Part shown: positions 1-6,609 of the stretch, piece after piece | How positions within the stretch are numbered: position 1 is the stretch's first letter | Layout of the letters: every line of letters starts with the position of its first letter | Source of the DNA: Chthonomonadales bacterium | GTDB lineage: Bacteria > Armatimonadota > Chthonomonadetes > Chthonomonadales > Chthonomonadaceae | Length of the DNA: 11,782 bases | Reading direction: 5' to 3' | Assembly: GCA_038217285.1 (NCBI GenBank) | Contig: JBBQPO010000197.1 | Location: 1 to 11,782, forward strand | Translations under genes and position numbers: made by a program | The notes under the pieces: generated by a model | What the model saw: only the letters and a program-made list of their open reading frames with translations | Told to the model about the DNA's origin: nothing | The model's database searches: none

Positions 1-675
1 GATCTCTTCCTGGGTCCACTGTTCGTAGTGGAAGAGGATAAAAACGACCCGCTGGTCCTGTGTCAAGAGCTGCAGGGCCTCCCGGACCAGAAGACGCTGG
101 TCGGTCGTCAGACGATTCGGTGCGGCGAGACTGCCGATGTAGTCGACCGTATGACCTTCGTCGTTCTCGGCGCTGTTCGGCACAAACTCGTTCTGAGCGA
201 CGGTATGGTACTTCTGCGCGACGTTGGAGAGTTTCCAGTCCAGGCAGTGCCAGAAGCGTATCTCCCAGAACTCGTCTTTCGTCTCCAGACTGATGAGGGC
301 CAGGAACATGGTTCCGATGACATCGTGATAACAGTCCTCGCGCTGCGTCTCATTCAGTTGGGTCCATCCGGCCAGGGTGCGGGCCACGCGCTTGCGGCAG
401 CGCTCTTCCAGCAGCGCGATCAGATCCCCCGCCTCCGCGGACTGGCCAGCCAGATGCCGTTCCCGCACGAAATAGACGAGAGCCTCTTCGCTGACGAATC
501 CCGGCTGCGTGTGCTCGCGGACTTCGACGCGCTGCCGAAACTCGCTGCGACTGCATCGCCGCAGCGCTTCGATCTGCCGCAGCACGTCCGGTTCACGATA
601 CCGCTTCCCCGAAGCCAGAGGACGAATGCCGTCCGGGCTTCCGGTCACGCAAGGGTTCGGTTGAGTCTGTGGCAT
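1..675 (-). CDS. Divergent ECF-type/sigma70-family sigma factor, 3'-truncated by the window edge
   Basis: Manual translation, absent from the ORF track: ATG at 675 preceded by AGAGGCG, open for 225 codons to base 1. Reads MPQTQPNP...EEALVYFVRER...QREDCYHDVIGTMFLAL...FWEIRFWHCLDWKLSNV...LVREALQLLTQDQRVVFILFHYEQWTQEEI. The final segment is a typical sigma region 4 (AL..L...QR.VF.L......T..EI); the middle resembles a diverged region 2. Confidence 0.8.
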   Translation of the reverse strand, partial: MPQTQPNPCVTGSPDGIRPLASGKRYREPDVLRQIEALRRCSRSEFRQRVEVREHTQPGFVSEEALVYFVRERHLAGQSAEAGDLIALLEERCRKRVARTLAGWTQLNETQREDCYHDVIGTMFLALISLETKDEFWEIRFWHCLDWKLSNVAQKYHTVAQNEFVPNSAENDEGHTVDYIGSLAAPNRLTTDQRLLVREALQLLTQDQRVVFILFHYEQWTQEEI

Positions 676-869
676 CGCCTCTAATCCGTGGCTCATCTCT
701 TTCCTGCACCCTTTCTGTTTCCCTACTCTGCACCTGCCCCTGCAAACCGGAAAGAGGCGGAAAATATTTATTTGCACCTCCTCCTGGCGTTTCCGGTCTG
801 GAGCCTTTGCCCGGAGTGGATGAGCGAGGGCGACAGGCAAGACCGCTTTCATGACAGGAGAGTAGTGCG

Positions 870-1172
870 ATGCAAACTGAATCGACATTGAGTGACATTT
901 ACGAAGAGATCGCGGACAAATTGGCTCTGGCGCGCACGAAAGCCCTGATGGGCGAACCGTGCGAGGCGCTGGGTATCTTTCAGGCCGCTTCCCTGGAATA
1001 TACCCGATTCCGTGAGGTGCTGTCGGCCTATCCCGGTTTTTACGCACTGGAACATGCCTTTACCGTGACCATGACCGCTTTGCGGGCGGAACACGACCAA
1101 GCCGTTCTCACCACGAACGCTGCCGCCGTTCCTGCCACGGCCTCCCGCAGGCGCAACCGAAAGGCCGCCTGA
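870..1172 (+). CDS. Hypothetical 100-aa protein, predicted helical, with basic tail ending RRRNRKAA
   Basis: CAGGAG Shine-Dalgarno about 9 nt before ATG 870; fills the gap between the sigma gene and the lexA promoter; no family recognised. Confidence 0.7.
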   Translation: MQTESTLSDIYEEIADKLALARTKALMGEPCEALGIFQAASLEYTRFREVLSAYPGFYALEHAFTVTMTALRAEHDQAVLTTNAAAVPATASRRRNRKAA

Positions 1173-1279
1173 TTCAACGAGTCAGCGGTATTTTACCCGC
1201 AGAAGCAGGCAGTACGACAGATTTACAGGCAATTTCCTTCCGGTGAGACAGAATTGCGCGGTTTTGCGGTTCCGTGCCC

Positions 1280-1309
1280 TTGACACATACGAAAGTAGTG
1301 GAGTATAGT
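1280..1309 (+). promoter_or_regulatory. sigma70/sigmaA promoter of lexA
   Basis: TTGACA (1280-1285), 18 bp spacer, TATAGT (1304-1309), ending 48 nt upstream of the lexA ATG. Confidence 0.8.
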
Positions 1310-1357
1310 AGACGAGAGTGCGTGAACTATTATACGTACAGGGGAGGGATCGGAACT

Positions 1358-1996
1358 ATGACCAGAGGGCTAACCGACAAGCAGGAAAAAATCCTGGCTT
1401 TTGTTCTCGACTATGTCAATGACAAGGGCTATCCGCCGAGTATCCGCGAAATCGGCAATCACTTCGAAATATCCAGCCTGCGAGGCGTCACGGTGCACCT
1501 GGATGCACTGGAGCGCAAGGGCTATATCAAGCGTGCCAATACGGCCCGCGCTATCACTGTTATCGGCAAGACCGGCTCGACTGCGCCCAACCGCAACGTT
1601 ACGCTCGTGCCATTGATCGGCACCATCGCGGCCGGTGTACCGATCACCGCGACCCAGAACATCGAGGGCCATATCCCCGTGCCGCAGGAGATGGTCGGCA
1701 CGATGAACAATGTCTTCGCCCTGCAAGTCAAAGGCGACTCGATGATCGGCGCGCACATCATGCCGCGTGACCTTGTCATCATCAAAGAGCAGCGCACGGC
1801 CGACAACGGCGATCTCGTCGCCTTCCTGCTCGGGGACGAAGCCACCGTCAAACATATTCAGTTCACCGGGGAAGGCGTCCGTCTGCTGGCTTCCAATCCC
1901 GCCTACGAACCGATCGAAGTGCGCCGCGAAGACAGCCATATCATCGGCAAAGTCATCGGCCTCATCCGCAACTACGACGGCCCCCACTCGTTCTAA
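1358..1996 (+). CDS. lexA: LexA SOS repressor (212 aa)
   Basis: N-terminal winged HTH (LTDKQEKIL...GYPPSIREIG...HLDALERKGYI), Ala-Gly cleavage site (IAAGVP), catalytic Ser (GDSM) and Lys (EATVK). Start moved from 1274 to ATG 1358 because GGGAGGG precedes it and the promoter lies inside the longer ORF. Confidence 0.97.
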   Translation: MTRGLTDKQEKILAFVLDYVNDKGYPPSIREIGNHFEISSLRGVTVHLDALERKGYIKRANTARAITVIGKTGSTAPNRNVTLVPLIGTIAAGVPITATQNIEGHIPVPQEMVGTMNNVFALQVKGDSMIGAHIMPRDLVIIKEQRTADNGDLVAFLLGDEATVKHIQFTGEGVRLLASNPAYEPIEVRREDSHIIGKVIGLIRNYDGPHSF

Positions 1997-2015
1997 CCCG
2001 TTCACTTCGCGCACA

Positions 2016-2077
2016 AAGCGAGAGGAGCCTGAGCCGTCCCACAATTGGGATAGACTCAGGCTCCTCTCGTTTCATTT
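2016..2077 (+). terminator. Intrinsic terminator-like hairpin after lexA
   Basis: Perfect 15-bp arms CGAGAGGAGCCTGAG (2019-2033) / CTCAGGCTCCTCTCG (2055-2069), inner TCCCA/TGGGA stem, followed by TTTCATTT. Confidence 0.75.
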
Positions 2078-2081
2078 GCCC

Positions 2082-2123
2082 AAACAGAAAAAAGCGCAGG
2101 TAACGTCGTTGTTACCTGCGCTT
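2082..2123 (-). terminator. Intrinsic terminator of rplJ-rplL, possibly bidirectional
   Basis: 13-bp arms AAGCGCAGGTAAC (2092-2104) / GTTACCTGCGCTT (2111-2123); minus-strand tail TTTTTTCTGTTT; plus-strand tail is also T-rich. Confidence 0.85.
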
Positions 2124-2182
2124 GTTGTTGTTCCGGGAGAACGGTGTCGCCACCGACCCGGCCAACATCGGGAAGTCCGAAC

Positions 2183-2581
2183 CTAACCGGCGGGCTTAAT
2201 GTCCGCCGAAGCGCCTTCGCCTTCGAGTTTCTCTTTGAGCGCCTTGGCTTCGTCGGCGTTAAGGCCCTCTTTGATCTTGGAAGGAACGGCTTCGACCATA
2301 TCCTTGGCCTCTTTGAGGCCGAGGCCGGTGATTTCGCGCACGACCTTGATGACGTTGATCTTCTTCTCACCAAAGGAGGTCATGATGACATCGAAGCTCG
2401 TGGGGGCTTCCTCGGCCGCAGCGGCAGGAGCGCCGCTGGTGCCGGACGGAGCGGCCACGGCGACAGCCGCGGACGGGGTGACGCCGAAGACTTCCTGGAG
2501 TTCCTTGGAGAGTTCGGACAGTTCGAGAACGGACATGGATTTGATCGCTTCGACGATCTCGTCTTTGCTAAGGGGCGGCAT
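2183..2581 (-). CDS. rplL: 50S ribosomal protein bL12 (L7/L12)
   Basis: SVLELSEL N-domain, Ala-rich hinge, [25 protein letters not shown] signature; GAAGGAG SD. Confidence 0.98.
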   Translation of the reverse strand: MPPLSKDEIVEAIKSMSVLELSELSKELQEVFGVTPSAAVAVAAPSGTSGAPAAAAEEAPTSFDVIMTSFGEKKINVIKVVREITGLGLKEAKDMVEAVPSKIKEGLNADEAKALKEKLEGEGASADIKPAG

Positions 2582-2633
2582 GGGTTGGTTTCTCCTTCAT
2601 GCGAACAAGGTTGATAATCAGTGAAAAACAGAA

Positions 2634-3191
2634 CTACGCGGCGGCTTCGGCGCTCCCGCCCTTCTGTTCGGCGATCGCGTCGATCGTCAGGACGAAGTCG
2701 CTGATGATGCTGTTAAGCGTACCGATGAAGTTGCTGATGGGGCCGTCGAGTGTGCTGACGAACTGCGAAAGGATAACTTCGCGGGACGGCAGCTTGGAAA
2801 GCGCGGTGACCTCGGCGAGGTTGTAGACTTTACCGTCGATATAGCCGCCCTTGACGCGGACATCCGGCTTGTTCTTCGTAGCGGTCACGAAGTCCAGAAT
2901 GGATTTGGCGGGCGCGATGACATCGCTCTTGGCGAACACGATCGCCGTAGGGCCGGTGAGCAGTTTGTCCAGCTCGGGGCTGATCTTTCCACCCATCGCG
3001 ACCTTGAGCAGAGTGTTCTTGACGATGTGGTACTCGGCATTGTCTTCGCGCAGTTTGCGGCGCAGTTTACTGACCTCCGCGACGGTGAGGCCGCGATAGT
3101 CGGTCAGGATCGCCCCTTTGCTGGTCGCGAGGATCGCGCGCAGGTCGGAGACGAGCAGTTCTTTTCTTGGACTTGGCTTGGCGATAGGCAT
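2634..3191 (-). CDS. rplJ: 50S ribosomal protein uL10
   Basis: DYRGLTV...LRRKLR...VKNTL...LTGPTAIVF...LSKLPSRE motifs; directly upstream of rplL. Confidence 0.97.
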   Translation of the reverse strand: MPIAKPSPRKELLVSDLRAILATSKGAILTDYRGLTVAEVSKLRRKLREDNAEYHIVKNTLLKVAMGGKISPELDKLLTGPTAIVFAKSDVIAPAKSILDFVTATKNKPDVRVKGGYIDGKVYNLAEVTALSKLPSREVILSQFVSTLDGPISNFIGTLNSIISDFVLTIDAIAEQKGGSAEAAA

Positions 3192-3256
3192 AGGGTTTCT
3201 CTCGTTTCCCTGAGTTTACCGTAAAGAGCACGGTGTGAAGAGGCGGCAGCGGCGGC

Positions 3257-3445
3257 AAACAAAAACCGGGCCTTCACCCCTTCGCGCTAAAAGCGCAGAC
3301 GGCGGCGAATCCCGGCGGCAGGAGAACTCCTGACACACTTAGTGATACTGGGATCTCGACCTCGGCAGGTTCCCTCTCAGGAATTAAGTCCGACCCGAAG
3401 GTCGGACACCGGCTGTCTGCGGTGAGCGAAACGTTCGCTATGTGA
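3257..3445 (-). promoter_or_regulatory. L10 leader RNA (autogenous control) with attenuator-like hairpin
   Basis: Minus strand ACCGCAGACAGCCGGTG...TTAAT...CCTGCCGAGGT (3423 to 3359) matches the remembered L10-leader core and includes an 8-bp C(UUCG)G hairpin (3388-3407). Downstream CCGGG...CCCGG stem (3266-3315) is followed by TTTTTGTTT (3265-3257). Confidence 0.9.
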
Positions 3446-3457
3446 TTTACGAAGAGT

Positions 3458-3486
3458 AGTATGCCACGGGTGACCCATTCTGTCAA
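3458..3486 (-). promoter_or_regulatory. sigma70/sigmaA promoter of rplJ-rplL
   Basis: Minus strand TTGACA (3486-3481), 17 bp spacer, CATACT (3463-3458) with extended -10 TG; immediately upstream of the L10 leader. Confidence 0.8.
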
Positions 3487-3494
3487 GGGTAGAT

Positions 3495-5027
3495 TCACAC
3501 CTTTATCTTCTTCCATGTGCCGGACCGGAAGAGGCCGTAGGTCATGAAGCCGCCGATTATGGTGGTCAGACAGAAGGCTACCCAGGCCCCATGGGTGTTC
3601 TGATGCAGCGTAAACATGAGGAAATAGGCGAATGGCAGACGGAACACCCACATCGTGATAAAGGTGATCCAGGTCGGGCGGATGGTGTCGCCCGCGCCCT
3701 GCAGCGCCCCGATCAGCACCATCGAAACTCCCAGAAACGGCTCACTGGCGGCGTTGATGCGCAGGTAGTCGGTGCCCAGCCGCAGCACGGTCAGGTCGTG
3801 GGTGAAGAGTCGGACCAGCGGAGCGGCAAAACTAAAGAAAACGACGGCCATGAACGTCATGACGGCCACGCTCTGCACGACCGCCGCCCAGGCATAGCGC
3901 TCGGCCCGTACCGTATCTTTCGCGCCCAGGCTCTGCCCGACCAGGGCGGATGTCGCCACACTGTAACCGAAACCGGGCATGAACGCGATCCCTTCCGCCC
4001 GTAGCCCGATCTGCATCGCCGCCACTCCCGCCGCTCCCTCGACCGTTCGCGCCAACAGCCCTGTAAACGACATCATGCCGAGCGTCCGAATCAGGGCCTG
4101 AAGCGCTGCCGGAATACCGATTTTCAGGATGCGCCAGGCCCACTCCGTCGAGAGGCGGAGATGCCGACGTTGGAGTCTGCCGCGCAAGGGGGAGTGACGC
4201 AGCAGCGCATAGATATAGAGAGCGCATCCGACCCAGACCGAGGATGCCAGCGCAATGCCTGCGCCGCGCACTCCCAGCATGGGAAAGCCGAGCCTGCCAT
4301 AGATCAAAACGGCATTGCCGGAGATGTGAACTGCGATGGTGACACAGGTGATCAGCAGGGGGGTACGGGTATCTCCCAGCCCACGGAATGCGCCCATCAA
4401 GGCGTTCATGAGGAAGAGCGGTAAGGCGCAGAAGAGGGCCGCCCCGAGAAACTGACTGCACAGAATGGCCGGTTCCGGACTGCGATGCGCGTCGAGCATC
4501 AGCGCCACCATCGGTCCCCGGCCAATATAGGTAATCGTTCCGAACACCAGACCCATGAGGAAGCTCAACGTTATCGACTGCCCTGTGGCAAACGCCGCCT
4601 GTTCCGGCTCCTTTGCACCGGTAAAGCGGGCGACCAGAGCGGTGGTTCCGACGGAGACTCCCATGGCGAGCGAGATGAGCAGGAAGATGATGCTGCCGCC
4701 GACTCCGGTGGCCGCCAGCGCTGCCGAGGCGTTCGGCAGATGCCCGACGAAGAACATATCCATCAGGCTGTTGAAGGTCTGCAGCAGCATCGTCATCACG
4801 GACGGCCAGGCGAGGTTCCAGACCTGTCGGTGAATATCGCGCTGAGAAGTCGGCGGAGGGCCTACAAGAGGGCCACCAGGCAGAGGGACCGGATTCTCGA
4901 CCAGAGAGATCTCCTGGCCGGTATCGCCCTCGACAGCCCGCAACGATTCGGCGGGGAACGCTCCAAGACTCGATCTTCCCATCGCAGGTTCGTTTTCGAC
5001 TTCGAGGATTTCCGGGGGTGTAGACAT
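3495..5027 (-). CDS. MATE family efflux transporter
   Basis: LAWP...DMFFVG TM1, ALVARFTGA, RGLGDTRTP and QGAGDTIRP repeats, LGVRGAGIA, about 12 hydrophobic segments, ends WKKIKV. Start ATG 5027 chosen for its AAGGAG SD; in-frame ATG 5087 is an alternative. Confidence 0.93.
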   Translation of the reverse strand: MSTPPEILEVENEPAMGRSSLGAFPAESLRAVEGDTGQEISLVENPVPLPGGPLVGPPPTSQRDIHRQVWNLAWPSVMTMLLQTFNSLMDMFFVGHLPNASAALAATGVGGSIIFLLISLAMGVSVGTTALVARFTGAKEPEQAAFATGQSITLSFLMGLVFGTITYIGRGPMVALMLDAHRSPEPAILCSQFLGAALFCALPLFLMNALMGAFRGLGDTRTPLLITCVTIAVHISGNAVLIYGRLGFPMLGVRGAGIALASSVWVGCALYIYALLRHSPLRGRLQRRHLRLSTEWAWRILKIGIPAALQALIRTLGMMSFTGLLARTVEGAAGVAAMQIGLRAEGIAFMPGFGYSVATSALVGQSLGAKDTVRAERYAWAAVVQSVAVMTFMAVVFFSFAAPLVRLFTHDLTVLRLGTDYLRINAASEPFLGVSMVLIGALQGAGDTIRPTWITFITMWVFRLPFAYFLMFTLHQNTHGAWVAFCLTTIIGGFMTYGLFRSGTWKKIKV

Positions 5028-5194
5028 CCCACTCCTTGCTCTGCCCAACATCGGGCCGGGGCGATATCCAACCACACCCCAAACCATTCGTCCTTCGTTT
5101 ACGAATGACCGGGCCTACTGGTTCTAGTCCCGGTATCCTCATTGACCGGAGGCGCACCGCCAAAGTTGCACAGAGCAGACGTTCACAGCAGACA

Positions 5195-6508
5195 TCAGGT
5201 GGAGGCGCCGTCACGCCGTGACATCAGGACGAGCGGCAGAAACGGCACGACGACTAGCACGAGGATCGTCGTTCCGGCGTTCACCCAGACGAGGTCGCGG
5301 AACGTCAGATGAAAACGACTGTAGAGCGTCGAGCCGATCCAGTCGGACATGGCGTTGGTGAAGTTCCAGACGCTCATCATGACCGCGTAACCGATCGCCT
5401 CGCTTCCCTTGGGAGTGCCTCGCGCCGCCAGATCGTAGACCGGCAGCATAGCCAGCGTCCCCGTAATCCCACTGATCGCCGTGATAACGATGGCCGATGT
5501 CTGATTATGGTAGTAGAGATAGGTGAGCGTTCCGAGCGCGTGTACGATGATACTACCGGTCAGGAGTATGCGGAGGTTCATTTTTCGACACGCGGTAAAG
5601 TAGACGAAGGTTGTCAGCAGGCCGCTTGCCGCCGCCACCAGCACCAGCATGCCGACGAGTCGCTTGTCAAAATGAAGTACGTCGGTCTGATGGAACAGCA
5701 GAGGGGTTCCAAAGCCGGGGGAGGCCGCGATAAGACAGATCATTAAGGCGGCGCTCAAGAGCGTGGTGCTGCGCAACAAGATCTTAAACTGCCTTAACGC
5801 CTCGACCAGGACCGACCGATCCAGGCGGGCGGTCGGCGGTTCCGGTAGACCGAAATAGTAGAGGGGGACCAGGATAAGATGCAGGAAGGACGCAATGCCC
5901 ATGGTGACCAGGAAGTAGACCGGCCCCATCGCCGCTATGAACCGCGCGCTGGAGAGATAACCTCCAATGGGGCCGCCCAGCAGACTGCCCAGACGAAAAG
6001 CTCCGATGCGCTGCGCTGTCAGCCGACCGGCCGCGTTGAACCGCTGTCCGACCTCCACCATGACTCCGCCGAGAGAAGTGCTCGTAAAAACGATGGTGAC
6101 GTACAGAATGGCGTAGGTTACAAGCAGAATATTGTAGGTGCGCGGTACGAGGGCCAGCAAAATCCAGAACACGCCGGAGCCCAGCAAGCTGAGGATGAGG
6201 TACCATCGCCGCCGCGTCCCGAACAGCGGCACACTATCGACCAGCACGCCGGCCAGAGGTTTGATGTAGTTGGTGAACGCCCCAAGCGCGAAGAATGCCG
6301 ACACTGCCGCCGCAGTACAGTGCAGGTTGTCTTTCAGCAGGAACTTTAGCGGCAGGTCGGCGACCGCGATTCCCAGATTCGTGCCGAGCCAGCCTAAGCC
6401 CATCAACAGCGCGAGGGTCGACAGGCCGCGCGCATCGACACCACTGGCGGTAACGACCGCCTCGCCCGTTTGCGGTTCCACACTTAGCACTTCCGGCGCT
6501 TCCAGCAC
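5195..6508 (-). CDS. MFS transporter, BT1/folate-biopterin transporter-like
   Basis: About 12 hydrophobic segments; IKPLAGVLVDSVPLFGTRRRWYL resembles the BT1-family motif; GTG start with AAAGGAG SD. Confidence 0.85.
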   Translation of the reverse strand: MLEAPEVLSVEPQTGEAVVTASGVDARGLSTLALLMGLGWLGTNLGIAVADLPLKFLLKDNLHCTAAAVSAFFALGAFTNYIKPLAGVLVDSVPLFGTRRRWYLILSLLGSGVFWILLALVPRTYNILLVTYAILYVTIVFTSTSLGGVMVEVGQRFNAAGRLTAQRIGAFRLGSLLGGPIGGYLSSARFIAAMGPVYFLVTMGIASFLHLILVPLYYFGLPEPPTARLDRSVLVEALRQFKILLRSTTLLSAALMICLIAASPGFGTPLLFHQTDVLHFDKRLVGMLVLVAAASGLLTTFVYFTACRKMNLRILLTGSIIVHALGTLTYLYYHNQTSAIVITAISGITGTLAMLPVYDLAARGTPKGSEAIGYAVMMSVWNFTNAMSDWIGSTLYSRFHLTFRDLVWVNAGTTILVLVVVPFLPLVLMSRRDGAST

Positions 6509-6609
6509 GATCGTCTCCTTTGACTCCCTTGTTCAGTGCCGAAGGGCGGCGGTTTTCGTTCCTCACACGGACATACAACCACCTCTATAGCAGTTCCAGT
6601 CCAAATTCC

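Noticed and set aside
28-684. 218-aa plus-strand ORF
   Set aside because: Antisense shadow of the sigma-factor frame; no motifs or convincing SD.
1329-1334. Perfect TATAAT on the minus strand in the lexA leader
   Set aside because: No -35 or extended -10 at the right spacing; more simply part of the candidate operator.
3274-3651. 125-aa minus-strand ORF spanning the MATE end and L10 leader
   Set aside because: Region is fully explained by the MATE 3' end, the promoter and the structured leader.
3495-5027. MATE gene as an SOS-regulated dinF because lexA is nearby
   Set aside because: Opposite strand, separated by rplJL, and no copy of the candidate LexA operator was found upstream.
5108-5141. 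GGTTCTAGTCCC resembling a tRNA T-loop or att-site remnant
   Set aside because: T-stem does not pair properly, no cloverleaf or CCA end, and no integrase in the window.
6520-6609. Three GGAAY pentamers on the minus strand upstream of the MFS gene as ECF -35 elements
   Set aside because: No convincing -10 at a consistent spacing.
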